DNA from: Sedimentisphaerales bacterium
GTDB lineage: Bacteria; Planctomycetota; Phycisphaerae; Sedimentisphaerales; SM23-30
NCBI GenBank assembly: GCA_963663805.2
Contig: CAXXMR010000020.1
Location: forward strand, 32,001 to 96,000
Length of the DNA stretch: 64,000 nt
Direction of reading: 5' to 3'
The translations under genes were made by a program, and so were the position numbers. The notes beneath the pieces are model-generated. The model ran no database searches. It worked only from the letters and a program-made list of their open reading frames with translations, and was not told the DNA's origin. Position 1 is the stretch's first letter; each line of letters begins with the position of its first letter. Positions 52,403 to 62,375 of this stretch are shown in pieces.

Positions 52403-53338
52403 GTGGCATACCCAAAATCACTTCTTCAGCTAAACGGTATCGTCCCTCCCATGGTAACCCCTCTGGCCGATTATGATTCGTTGGACATCACCGGCCTGGA
52501 AAAACTCATCGAACACATCATCGCCGGAGGGGTAAACGGATTATTTATACTCGGCACAACCGGAGAAGCGGCCGCTCTTGGTTACCAGCTCAGGCGTGAG
52601 CTAATTGAAAGAACATGCCAACAGGTAAATTCCAGAATCCCCGTTCTTGTCGGCATAACCGACACTTCTTATACTGAATCGGTTCGACTGGCTGAACACG
52701 CCGCCCAAAAAGGCGCTCAGGCCCTTGTTATCGCCCCGCCCTACTACTACACAGCATCCCAGGATGAATTACTCGGCTATTTCGAGCAATTGGCCAAAGA
52801 ACTGCCCCTGCCCCTGTTCCTGTATAACATGCCCGGCTGCACAAAAATGAAGATCGAAAGGGAAACCGTACGGCAAGCAGCTAATATACCTGGAATAATT
52901 GGGTTAAAAGATAGCTCCGCAGACATGATGTACCTGCAAAAGCTCCGTCAGATGATGGCCAACCGACCGGACTTCCCATTATTTATAGGGCCCGAAGAAC
53001 TACTGGCCGAGTTTATCTTAATGGGTGGGAACGGTGGAATATCCGCAGGTGCCAATTTATTTCCTGAACTATATGTCAATCTATACAATGCCGCCAAGGC
53101 AGGCGACGCAGCTGCAACCAGAGAATTACAAAAAAAAGTTATCCAGATAAGCAATAATATTTATGGCGCCACCCAACATGGCTCGAGCTGTATTAAGGGC
53201 CTTAAATATGCCTTGTGCATCTCAGGAATCTGCAGCGACCAACTGGCAAAACCTTTCCATCAGCTAAGTCAATCCGAACAGAAAATAATTGAACATTTTC
53301 TAGCAGAAATGCCGGTTGTAGTTGCCAAACGGTCATAG
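52403..53338 (+). CDS. Dihydrodipicolinate synthase / N-acetylneuraminate lyase family aldolase
   Basis: GIVPPMVTP, GTTGE, LYNMP, GLKDSS Schiff-base Lys. Confidence 0.92.
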   Translation: MAYPKSLLQLNGIVPPMVTPLADYDSLDITGLEKLIEHIIAGGVNGLFILGTTGEAAALGYQLRRELIERTCQQVNSRIPVLVGITDTSYTESVRLAEHAAQKGAQALVIAPPYYYTASQDELLGYFEQLAKELPLPLFLYNMPGCTKMKIERETVRQAANIPGIIGLKDSSADMMYLQKLRQMMANRPDFPLFIGPEELLAEFILMGGNGGISAGANLFPELYVNLYNAAKAGDAAATRELQKKVIQISNNIYGATQHGSSCIKGLKYALCISGICSDQLAKPFHQLSQSEQKIIEHFLAEMPVVVAKRS

Positions 53339-53387
53339 TGTAGTTGTTATTGCAAATTCACAAGAATTCAGATTCAGTATCATTAAT

Positions 53388-53446
53388 TTTTACAAAATGA
53401 CAATTTGGCATACCTGATTTAATGCGATTTGATTTTCGACACGAAT
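53388..53446. repeat. Copy of one arm of the palindromic element at 62012-62198
   Basis: TTTTACAAAATGACAATTTGGCATACCTGATTTAATGCGATTTGATTTTC closely matches the reverse complement of about 62149-62198. Confidence 0.85.
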
Positions 53447-53463
53447 TCGATATTTCTGCGCAT

Positions 53464-53529
53464 AAAAAAATGTCGCGGGGCGCTGCCAGCTGGGGGGGGC
53501 AACCGACAGCAGGGGGAACCCGCGACACA
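53464..53529 (-). ncRNA. Candidate small RNA with C-rich loops
   Basis: Stacked hairpin that folds best on the minus strand (G-U pairs), C7 loop, U7 tail, upstream TTGACT. Confidence 0.4.
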
Positions 53530-53679
53530 CTATTATTAGCACATCTTCTCGGCCCAGTCAAGCCGACAAACCGGCTTTTTTATACTTTTTTTTTATATTT
53601 TTAACAATTTGCTTATTTTGGAGTAGTTAGAAGACGATAAAATCACCTATTTTATGCAAATTACCCAGAATACTAAAAA

Positions 53680-54876
53680 TTACAAGTGGGAACGGTCCGG
53701 CAAATAAAACGGTAAACCCAAAAGTGGTAACAACCAGCTTATTTTCCCTGTGATTTTCTCACAGTGGTCCAGGCGGCTTTGTGAAAATAGTAAATTCACC
53801 ATCTCGCGCGGCGAAAGAATAATCTCCACCCCGTCATCACCTCCACTTTTTTTCACAGAACTAATTGTTAAATTACCATCCTCAGCTTCAATTAGCACCG
53901 ACTGGCTCTCGCCTGATAATTCGTCTTTCATAGTCAGAACCGCCCGGCCACGCAGCTCCATTTCCCTGACCTTTTCTGTCAGATAGTCAAGATAGGCCGT
54001 CAAAGTCTTTTTCAGGTCCAGAATCGCCAGATTACCCCGACATTCCAGATGACAATCACCGCGCAGACCATCGAAAACCTGCCGATAAACATCGTCCCAC
54101 GGCGGCACCCCGACATTAAGTGCCCCTTCACAGCCAGCCATAACAGCCCGCACTGCCGCCCCAACCGCCGCTGGCTCGCCCCCCCAGCCATAAATTCCCA
54201 ACTCATCGATATTAGCCAGAACATGACCCGATACGCCGTTTCGCTCTGCTCGCCAGATTGCCGCCGAATGATGATATTGCCTCAGATATTTCAGCCGGGC
54301 CGCTTTCCTGCCCCAAACCGAATAATATGGAACACGCTGAAGCTCCGACCAGATTGCCTCCCAGTCAGCCTCCTCAGCACTCATTTTAGTAATTGTCCAA
54401 CCTTCCTCGTCCTCCAGGCCCGAATTCTCCGCCCGCCGCCGGCCCAACAAATATCGCAACTCATTAACCACCCGCTCAAAACCCCATCTGCCGTATCTCT
54501 CCCGGTCTCCGCTCAGCCAGGCAAAAGGATACTGACGCTCTTTCATCACCGCTCCGGCCTGGTCCATCAAGGCCGACATCACACCTTGCTGCCGATAATG
54601 AGGCAGAACGCACACGCCCCCTATTCCGCCGATTACAAGCTCTCGTTGATCCGTCCAGATGCTCACCGGAAAAACCCCCGCACAACCCACAATCTTACCC
54701 TCGCTAAAAGCCAGCAGATTATGCTGCATAGAATCATCCGTAGCGGCCTGCAAATCAGGAAACAACTGCTCAAATCGCGGCCTGTCCGCGCCCGGCGCAC
54801 AAAAACACCGGTTCAACACCTCCATCAATTCCTCAAAATCCGCCTCACAGCCCGGCCTGATAGAAAACAAACTCAT
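53680..54876 (-). CDS. Eis-like GNAT N-acetyltransferase with SCP-like C-terminus
   Basis: IGGVCVLPHYRQQGVMSALM acetyl-CoA motif; YGRWGF; start overlaps the fur stop (ATGA). Confidence 0.88.
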   Translation of the reverse strand: MSLFSIRPGCEADFEELMEVLNRCFCAPGADRPRFEQLFPDLQAATDDSMQHNLLAFSEGKIVGCAGVFPVSIWTDQRELVIGGIGGVCVLPHYRQQGVMSALMDQAGAVMKERQYPFAWLSGDRERYGRWGFERVVNELRYLLGRRRAENSGLEDEEGWTITKMSAEEADWEAIWSELQRVPYYSVWGRKAARLKYLRQYHHSAAIWRAERNGVSGHVLANIDELGIYGWGGEPAAVGAAVRAVMAGCEGALNVGVPPWDDVYRQVFDGLRGDCHLECRGNLAILDLKKTLTAYLDYLTEKVREMELRGRAVLTMKDELSGESQSVLIEAEDGNLTISSVKKSGGDDGVEIILSPREMVNLLFSQSRLDHCEKITGKISWLLPLLGLPFYLPDRSHL

Positions 54877-55361
54877 GTAACTGCCTTTCTCTGACCTGTT
54901 TCCCGGCGGCAATCCTCACACCAGCCAAAAACCACCAGACTATGCCAGTCCTGAACAAAATTATTCTCAGAACAAACCTGCTCGATACGGCCTGAAATAA
55001 CCGGGCCAGCAAACTCGATAAACCGCCCGCACTGTCGACAAACCAGATGATGATGGTCCTCATGCCCCAGTATATGCTCAAAATGGGCATGATTATCACT
55101 ATCGCGAACCTCACGAACCATGCCTGCCTCAACCATCAGCGTCAAAGTGCGGTAAACAGTCCCCCGGCTAACCCGGTCCGAACCGGCACTCAACTGAGCA
55201 GCCAGCTGGTCAGCACTGAAATGGTCATGGCGTTCAAATACCGCGTAAAATATTATTCGCCGGGCAGGAGTCAAACGAGCTTTTCGATTTTTCAAAAAAC
55301 CCACAAACTTATCCCACCCCTGATGGGTGATGTCCTGATGGGAGCCGGAAAATTCTTTCAT
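54873..55361 (-). CDS. Fur-family transcriptional regulator
   Basis: RLTPARR, HFSAD, TVYRTL, HHHLVCRQCG, CEDC. Confidence 0.95.
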   Translation of the reverse strand: MKEFSGSHQDITHQGWDKFVGFLKNRKARLTPARRIIFYAVFERHDHFSADQLAAQLSAGSDRVSRGTVYRTLTLMVEAGMVREVRDSDNHAHFEHILGHEDHHHLVCRQCGRFIEFAGPVISGRIEQVCSENNFVQDWHSLVVFGWCEDCRRETGQRKAVT

Positions 55362-55586
55362 GTCTCAAGTCCTTGCGCGAAAAGGGATTATCGAAATCAA
55401 ACCAGAAGAACCAGCAAGAATAATCTACCCTTGCCCGCCTAAGTTTGACCGAAGATATGTAACTTGTCAAAAAAAACCAGGAAATCACTTGAAATGACTT
55501 GCCCAACCTAATACAGATGTATAAGATACTCGCGATTGGAGAACTATGGAGTACTCCCGGTAAACTGTTGTGAAAGGAGCAACCAA

Positions 55587-55760
55587 ATGGCATATGTAAT
55601 TTCTGATGAATGCACCTGTTGCGGCGCCTGCGCCGATGTCTGTCCCGTAGAAGCTATCAGCCAGGGCGAAGACAAGTACGAAATCGACCCGGACGCCTGC
55701 ACCGACTGCGGCGCCTGCGAAGGTGAATGCCCCGTCGAAGCGATTTCACCCGGCGAATAA
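55587..55760 (+). CDS. 2[4Fe-4S] ferredoxin
   Basis: Two CxxCxxCxxxCP motifs; AAGGAG SD. Confidence 0.96.
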   Translation: MAYVISDECTCCGACADVCPVEAISQGEDKYEIDPDACTDCGACEGECPVEAISPGE

Positions 55761-55786
55761 TGCTGATTAAGCTTATTTTAGCGATT

Positions 55787-55817
55787 GAGCCCTTATACTT
55801 TTGTAAGGGCTTTTTTT
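55787..55817 (+). terminator. Intrinsic terminator after ferredoxin
   Basis: GAGCCCTTA..TAAGGGCTT followed by T tract. Confidence 0.85.
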
Positions 55818-56111
55818 ATACCCGCGAATCAACCCGAATATCACCCCGCAGCCCCTCAATCGAAGCCTCAGCCCCGGCATGAATATCCGCAATCACCCCT
55901 ATACGAATACTACTCATAAGTCCCCCAAAAAATGGTATTGTCCCAAAAGCTGGCCAAGCAAAATGCGTTTAACGCTTACGGGCTGCCGGCAGGACAACCG
56001 AGAAGGCCCCAAAGTTACCCAGGTCCTGCCGGAAGCCTCCAAAGCGATAAACGCATCTTTCGAGAAGGCACAATGCAAGCTGCCCTCAACCTTTGGGACG
56101 ATAACTATTTT

Positions 56112-57051
56112 TTAGGGCAGTTCGGTCAGGAGCAGGGCGGCATGGCTCCTTAGATGGGGTGCTTCCTTTTCGTTATTGGCGACCTGAGCGAGGAATTTGC
56201 GGGTGAGGCGGTCTTCGGGAAATTCTCTGGCGATCCAATCGACGAGATAATGACGCGAGTCCAGTTGGCGGGCTAATTCGTAAGACTTAATCCAGCGACT
56301 CAGTTTCGCAGCAGGAGATTCTCCTTTTCGTTCCTGGATTACCTGGGTGAAATTATCGACATCGCCGAGGTCGTAATCGAGGCTGTCAATGTCATCTATC
56401 ATGCGGTTGACCATGCGGTTGTGTTCTTCAATGCCGATGCCGGGAGCTATGTCTATGGGAAATTCCTCAATTTCGTATATGCCGAAATGACTCTTTTTTT
56501 CCGAGCCGGCCTTGGACTGATATTTAACAGTCAAAACAACCCCGTTAGGGAATTCAACCTCTCTGCCGCCGGGTGTGACTTCCATTTTGTCGGCGAATTC
56601 CGGGCCGCAATAACGGGTCAGGTACAGCCGGATTCGGGTGAAATGAACATAATAAGTCTGGCGGTCCTGCTTGCCGATTATGGTGGCGGCTTTTCGCGAC
56701 GAGGCAAGGAGTTTATAGCATTTTTGGAAACGCTCCTGTTGCAATGCCTGAAAGAATTCCCGGCCGGCCTCTTCGGAAGAAGTTGGCAGAGGGTTGGTTT
56801 CGGCTAAATCATGACTGAAACGTTCGGAAGCGTACAGGAATACCCAAACCACCACAACAATGGCCAGGAATATCCCGGCGACTTTGAGAACCGTTTTTCC
56901 CTGCGGCAAAAGCTCCTGCCAGATAAATTTTCTTCCCCGCAGAATCCGGCGTGCGGCAAATATTGAGCTTATACCCGCAGGAGGTACACTCCGTGCTGTC
57001 GGGCGGCAGGACCGCGTTGCAATTTGGACATATTATATCGTAAACGGTCAT
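56112..57051 (-). CDS. Zinc-ribbon + single-TM hypothetical protein, apparently one gene with a frameshift near 56930-56965
   Basis: ORF 57051 (CPNC..CTSC) starts 7 nt after the upstream stop and lies in a different frame from the TM-containing 265-aa ORF. Confidence 0.65.
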
Positions 57052-57057
57052 GACAGA

Positions 57058-59772
57058 TTACTGTTTCGCGGTATCGGCAGGCTTATCGGCTGGTTTCGTC
57101 GCGGCGGGCTGGGCAGGTTCAGCCTTTTTTGCCGGTTCTGGTTTGGGGGCTGGTTCAGCTTTGGCCTGCGGTTTTTCTGTCGGCTTAACTTCCGGCTGAG
57201 GAGCGGGCTTATCCTGCGGTTTTGGCTCTGGCGGAGCAGGCTTGGGTTTAGCTTCCGGCTTCGGCTCGGCAGGCTTAGGTTCGGGTTTTGGTTTTGGCTC
57301 CGGCGGTGGGGGTGGCTGGAGTATATCGCGATACTTCTGCAAAGCCGCTTTCTGGGCATCCGGTCCGGCCTGGTCTTCGGTCCAATCCGTAAATCGTTTG
57401 TCCATCTGTCCCAGCAGCTTGATTACCTCAGCGTCATGAACGGGCTTTTTACCGTTAAGCAAAGCCAGCTGATTATCAACCAGCTCCAGAGCAATAGCGT
57501 CACGACGTCTTTGCCACTGCTTCTGTCGCTCAGGTGAATGATACTTTTCAATCGGGGTAATCAGCGTTGCCAGAAGTCTGGCGGCCTGTATCAACTGTTC
57601 GGCGTTCTTCTTGTCGAGTTTGTCGTAAGTTGCCGCGACCTCATCCAGCAGGACATCACCGGCGGCCTGGTCGGACAAATACAGCATCGTAAGCCGGGCC
57701 TGTTCCTGCACCTCAGATTCTCCCTGATTCCGCAAGGCCAAATCCAGTATTATCTGGCCGTACTGGGCCTTCTCGCTTTGTTTGCTCTCGTCCAGCAGGA
57801 CTATCAGTTTATGGTATAACTGCATAGCCTGGAGCTTCTGCCCCTGACGCAATGCCATCTCGCCCCGCTGCTCCAGCGAAAGCTGTTCGTATTCCAAAGG
57901 CACTTCCTGACCAGCCTCTCGGGCTTTACGAATCATCTCCGAAAAAGTCAGAATCAACTGGTCACGTAATTGTTGTTCGTTACCGCTGTTGATTTTCGAT
58001 AGCGCCATACACCATTCATAAGCCTCTTTCAGGGGACGGGACGAAAGTATCTTAACGAACGCCTCACGCATGGCTTTGGCCAGGTCGGTATCGCTTTCCA
58101 GGGCCAGTCGATTACGCAGAGCGTCCAGATGTTCACGCCCGCCATACTGTTGAATAGCACTGGTAACATCATAACGCACGGCGGTATCGGCATCTTCCAG
58201 CAGATTCCGGCCGTTACCCAGCAGCAGGGGCAGCACCTTGTCAGCCTTGAGATGAGTAAGCCCGCCTACCGCCCGCATTCGCACTGCCGGCTCAGGGTCA
58301 TCCAGGACACCCACCAAAATATCCGAAAAATGTTTCTGGGCAGCTGTCTGATATTTCTTGTCCGCGGCGATAATCTTCATGGTCTGGGTCATTTCGCGAC
58401 GGACATCGGCAGGATGGCCGGGCTTTTGATATGTCTGAGCCAAAACCGCCGCGATTTTATCCATCAGCTTTTCGTCAATGTTGGCGGCCTGAGCGGTACT
58501 GATTTTACCCAAGGCCTTGGCCGAAGCCGCTACGACACGGGGGCTATTAGATTCCAGAAGCTGCAAGGCCTGGTCAATGGCCGGGGGATATTCAAAGGTT
58601 GCCAAGGCCGACATCTGGGCGGCCTGAGCATCGGAGTCGGTTTCCTTTTCCAGCTGGCTCAGCAAATCGCCCGCCGCGGGCCGGGCCGGTTCCAGAAGCT
58701 GCTCCAGCGAATGAGCCGTCAGGCGTCTGACCTGGGGATTGTCGTCACCGGTATACTGCCTGAGCCAACCTGCGAGAGAGTCAGCGACGGGCTTGTCATT
58801 GGTACCAACCTGAGCCGACCAGCTTTCCATTCGCTCCAGGGCCCAGACACGCAGTGAGTCGGATGGCTGGTCGCCGAGCGTACTATTTACAAAATCCAGC
58901 TTCTGGGCGGCATCTTTTATCTGGTCAAACCTGCCGGTGAGCTGCTGGAGATATTTCTGGGTAATCAAACCTATTTCGCGCTGGGCCTGGTCAAGTTCGG
59001 CGCGGGCTTGAAGAAGCTGTTCCTGCCGAAAGGCAATCTGGCGGTTCAAAAAAGTTGCCTCGGTCATTTTCTGGAGAACCGGGCGATAATTGTTCTCGTA
59101 CTGCTCGGCGGTAAGTTTTTCCGGCAGAGCGAACATTCTGGGCAGGACCGCAGCTGCCCGCTGACGAATTTTCACTTCGCCATCGCCCAGTAAAGCGCCC
59201 AGAGCCAGTACCGGCTCTTTGCCAGGCATAAGCTCCAGGGCTGAAATTCCGGCCAGACGATGAGCCTGGGTCTCTTCCGGATTGGCGGCCAGCTTGCCCA
59301 GCCGAACCGCTACACCATCTTCAAACCTCGCCAGGGCCTGAGCCGCCCAATTTGATAATTCCTCATTCTCGGAAACCAGCACCGCGAAAAGCGGCTCGAT
59401 AAATTCCTGGGGATATTCCATCTGCGGGTCCAGCCGACCATAAGAGCGGGGATGGGCGGCAATGGCCTGGCAGATAATCATTTTGGTGGAGATATGGTTT
59501 TCCGCCCGAAGGATGGCAATCAGCTCCGGGCGACCCTGGGGGGAAACCTGGGGGTCAAAGAGCAAGGCCTGGGCGTTTCCCTGACGGATGGCCGGGCCGG
59601 TATTTTCAGATTTGAGCCCGTCGAGCATGGCTTTGGTGGCTGGTGAGAGCGCGGCAGGTTCGGTCGGTACCGGCGGCGGAGCCGCGGCGTCCTGCGACCA
59701 TCCCGGCAGGGTCAGCAGCAGGGCCAAGACCACTGCCGTCGGGAAACCCAGATTGTGCCGGCTTGTTGTCAT
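57058..59772 (-). CDS. Exported HEAT-repeat protein with Pro/Lys/Ala/Glu-rich tail
   Basis: Signal peptide; repeated D.(N/E)P.VR..A HEAT motifs; PEPKP low-complexity end. Confidence 0.85.
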   Translation of the reverse strand: MTTSRHNLGFPTAVVLALLLTLPGWSQDAAAPPPVPTEPAALSPATKAMLDGLKSENTGPAIRQGNAQALLFDPQVSPQGRPELIAILRAENHISTKMIICQAIAAHPRSYGRLDPQMEYPQEFIEPLFAVLVSENEELSNWAAQALARFEDGVAVRLGKLAANPEETQAHRLAGISALELMPGKEPVLALGALLGDGEVKIRQRAAAVLPRMFALPEKLTAEQYENNYRPVLQKMTEATFLNRQIAFRQEQLLQARAELDQAQREIGLITQKYLQQLTGRFDQIKDAAQKLDFVNSTLGDQPSDSLRVWALERMESWSAQVGTNDKPVADSLAGWLRQYTGDDNPQVRRLTAHSLEQLLEPARPAAGDLLSQLEKETDSDAQAAQMSALATFEYPPAIDQALQLLESNSPRVVAASAKALGKISTAQAANIDEKLMDKIAAVLAQTYQKPGHPADVRREMTQTMKIIAADKKYQTAAQKHFSDILVGVLDDPEPAVRMRAVGGLTHLKADKVLPLLLGNGRNLLEDADTAVRYDVTSAIQQYGGREHLDALRNRLALESDTDLAKAMREAFVKILSSRPLKEAYEWCMALSKINSGNEQQLRDQLILTFSEMIRKAREAGQEVPLEYEQLSLEQRGEMALRQGQKLQAMQLYHKLIVLLDESKQSEKAQYGQIILDLALRNQGESEVQEQARLTMLYLSDQAAGDVLLDEVAATYDKLDKKNAEQLIQAARLLATLITPIEKYHSPERQKQWQRRRDAIALELVDNQLALLNGKKPVHDAEVIKLLGQMDKRFTDWTEDQAGPDAQKAALQKYRDILQPPPPPEPKPKPEPKPAEPKPEAKPKPAPPEPKPQDKPAPQPEVKPTEKPQAKAEPAPKPEPAKKAEPAQPAATKPADKPADTAKQ

Positions 59773-60022
59773 TTAACTTGATTCTCCCGGATTGTCGCCC
59801 AAAACAGCTAAATCGCTAATTATCACCGCCTGAAGCTCGGCACCCCGATACGGTTCCCGTACCCTTATCAAGCTCCATTATTAACTTAGCGGTCCGCTGG
59901 GAGATTGTCAAACAAAACTGTTGTAACACGTCCGATATTAAGACTTTATTCAAACTTAACTTCCACTATAATACTATTTCGGAATTACGTGAACGGGCCG
60001 TTGACTTTTTGGACAGAGCGAC

Positions 60023-61051
60023 ATGAAAAAAAAACTAAGAACCTGCCTCTGGTTTGCCATAGCCCTGGGAGCATTGGCTCTGCTGATATACAAAACCCCC
60101 CGCGATACCTTCATAACCGCCATCAAAGGTATCGATGTGAGGCTGGCAGTAGTGGCGGTGGTCCTCCAGCTCATCGCTCAGACTCTGCTGGCGACCCGCT
60201 GGCTCCTGTTGCTGCGGGCTAATAATATTGCTATCTCTCTTTGGGCCACCATCCGCCTGACCTACCTGGGGCTGTTTTATAACAACGTTATGCCCGGCGG
60301 GGTGGGCGGTGACCTGCTCAAGGGCTGGTATGCGACCCATCACAGCCGACCGGACCAGAAACTTACCGCCGCGGTCAGTGTATTTGTCGACAGGCTCGTC
60401 GGGCTGATAGGCACTATTCTTATGGGTGGGCTAGCCAGCTTGTTCGTCGGACCACGGGTTGCCTATCAGGGCATCCAGATTCGCTGGCTGCCCTGGGGGA
60501 TATTTGTGATAATGGCGGCGGCCTCGATTATTTTCTTCTCGCGGCGACTGCGCAGAATACTGCTGCTCAGTTGGCTTCTGGAAAAATTGCCCTTTTCCCA
60601 GACCCTCAAGAGGATTGACGAAGCTATCCGCATCTACCGCCACCACCTTCCCAGTATGGTCGGTGTACTTGCCTTTACGGTAACTTTGCAGGGTCTAACC
60701 ATTGTGGCGGTATGGGTGCTGACTCAGGCACTGCATTTTGACACTGTCCGCCTGGTCCATTGCCTCATGATTATGCCTATTGTCTGGCTTATCGGAGCGG
60801 CGATTCCCGTGCCCGGCGGCGTGGGTATTATAGAGGGCTGTATCGCTTACCTATTCTGCCTGGTTATCAACCCCGACAACCCGCCCCAGGCCATGGGGCC
60901 CGCGGCGGCACTGGCACTGGTAAACAGGGTAATTATCCTGTATATTTGCTCACTGCCCGGCGTGCTGGTGCCTTTGTTTGGCGGACATCTGCCCCGTGCC
61001 GATGATATGCTTAAAGATATGCAGTCGGAAAACGAAACTTTGACCGATTAA
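60023..61051 (+). CDS. Lysylphosphatidylglycerol synthase TM domain / putative flippase (UPF0104)
   Basis: RW..LL, FYNNVMPGGVGGD, SVFVDR, PVPGGVGIIEG. Confidence 0.88.
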   Translation: MKKKLRTCLWFAIALGALALLIYKTPRDTFITAIKGIDVRLAVVAVVLQLIAQTLLATRWLLLLRANNIAISLWATIRLTYLGLFYNNVMPGGVGGDLLKGWYATHHSRPDQKLTAAVSVFVDRLVGLIGTILMGGLASLFVGPRVAYQGIQIRWLPWGIFVIMAAASIIFFSRRLRRILLLSWLLEKLPFSQTLKRIDEAIRIYRHHLPSMVGVLAFTVTLQGLTIVAVWVLTQALHFDTVRLVHCLMIMPIVWLIGAAIPVPGGVGIIEGCIAYLFCLVINPDNPPQAMGPAAALALVNRVIILYICSLPGVLVPLFGGHLPRADDMLKDMQSENETLTD

Positions 61052-61065
61052 GGGAGTCTGAATAT

Positions 61066-61734
61066 ATGACCAGCAGTTATTATATTCTACCGGTACTGGC
61101 CTACTTACTGGGCTCGATTCCTTTCGGGCTTATCATCGGCAAGATACGCGGTGTGGACGTGCGCCTTCAGGGCAGCGGCAATATCGGCTCGACTAATGTC
61201 GGACGTGTACTCGGTCAACCCTGGGGCTACATCTGCTTTCTGCTCGATGTCGCTAAAGGCACCGCGCCGGTTGTTCTGGCCGGCTATATCCTCACCAGCA
61301 GCGAAACCGAAATTACCCCTCAGGCTTGTATCGCCTGGATGATTGTGGCCGTTGCCTGCATTTTAGGCCACATGTTCAGCCTGTTTCTAAAATTCAAAGG
61401 CGGCAAAGGGGTCGCGACTTCGCTGGGGGTTATTCTGGGAATTTACCCTTATTTTACTCTCGCCGGAATCGTGGTTTTTCTAATTTGGGCGGCAATCTGG
61501 GGAACGTGGCGTTATGTTTCGTTGGCTTCGATTATCGCGGCATTGTGCTTTCCGATGGTTTTTGTGCTGCTGGTCTATCAGATTGATACCTGGTCGATGG
61601 GACAGCTTTGGCCCTTGCTGGCTTTTGCGTCGCTGGTAGCGTTGTTGGTGGTTGTTCGCCATCGCAGTAATATCAAGCGGCTGCGGGCGGGTACGGAAAA
61701 CCGCGGGGGCCGAAAAAAACAAAATGATTTGTAA
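61066..61734 (+). CDS. plsY: Glycerol-3-phosphate acyltransferase PlsY
   Basis: YLLGSIPFG, GSGNIGSTNVGR, GHMFS..FKGGKGVAT, RHRSNIKRL. Confidence 0.96.
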   Translation: MTSSYYILPVLAYLLGSIPFGLIIGKIRGVDVRLQGSGNIGSTNVGRVLGQPWGYICFLLDVAKGTAPVVLAGYILTSSETEITPQACIAWMIVAVACILGHMFSLFLKFKGGKGVATSLGVILGIYPYFTLAGIVVFLIWAAIWGTWRYVSLASIIAALCFPMVFVLLVYQIDTWSMGQLWPLLAFASLVALLVVVRHRSNIKRLRAGTENRGGRKKQNDL

Positions 61735-61993
61735 ACACGTTTATTTCAGCGGCAGAGTTCAGGGGGTCGGCTTTCGCTATACTGCTATTGACGTTGCCCA
61801 TAATTATGAAGTCACGGGGTTTGTGCGAAATCTGCCCGATGGGAGAGTTGAGATGATTACCCAGGGCAAAGGTCCAACCGTAGACGCCTTCATTAACGCT
61901 TTATGCGAACGCATGAACCGCTATATTCGCGAAACCTATATCAACGAAGAACCGCTCGGCGACGATTTTAACGGTTTTTCAATCCGCCATTAA
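61724..61993 (+). CDS. acyP: Acylphosphatase
   Basis: GRVQGVGFR and GFVRNLPDGRVE. Confidence 0.95.
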   Translation: MICKHVYFSGRVQGVGFRYTAIDVAHNYEVTGFVRNLPDGRVEMITQGKGPTVDAFINALCERMNRYIRETYINEEPLGDDFNGFSIRH

Positions 61994-62011
61994 TCTGAAT
62001 TCTGACTGGAG

Positions 62012-62198
62012 TTTTGCAAAATGACAATTTGGCATACTTATGATCAGAAAAAAGACGCTGCGCTGTTTTTTCTGATTCTACTTTTTTTGTCGTAACTTTT
62101 TGTTGCTTAGTAATTTAATGCAATTTGATTTACTTTTAGATTCGAGGTGAAAATCAAATTGCATTAAATTAGGTATGCCAAACTGTCATTTTGCAAAA
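62012..62198. repeat. Nested-palindrome MITE-like element
   Basis: Outer IR TTTTGCAAAATGACA(A/G)TTTGGCATAC; inner hairpins 62044-62075 and perfect 21-bp IR 62111-62131 / 62151-62171. Confidence 0.75.
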
Positions 62199-62375
62199 GT
62201 TTAGTTCTGATTTAGCCGCGGATTAACGGCATTTCGCGGATTTTAGAAAAGGAAACCACCACTCCGAGCGAGGCGGAGAGGGGACTCAGGATTGCTTATT
62301 TTGGTTTTTGGGGTAGACTCTCAGGTCGTGGGCAGTGATTTTGAACCGGGTTTTGAAAGTCGGCAGGAATTTGAT

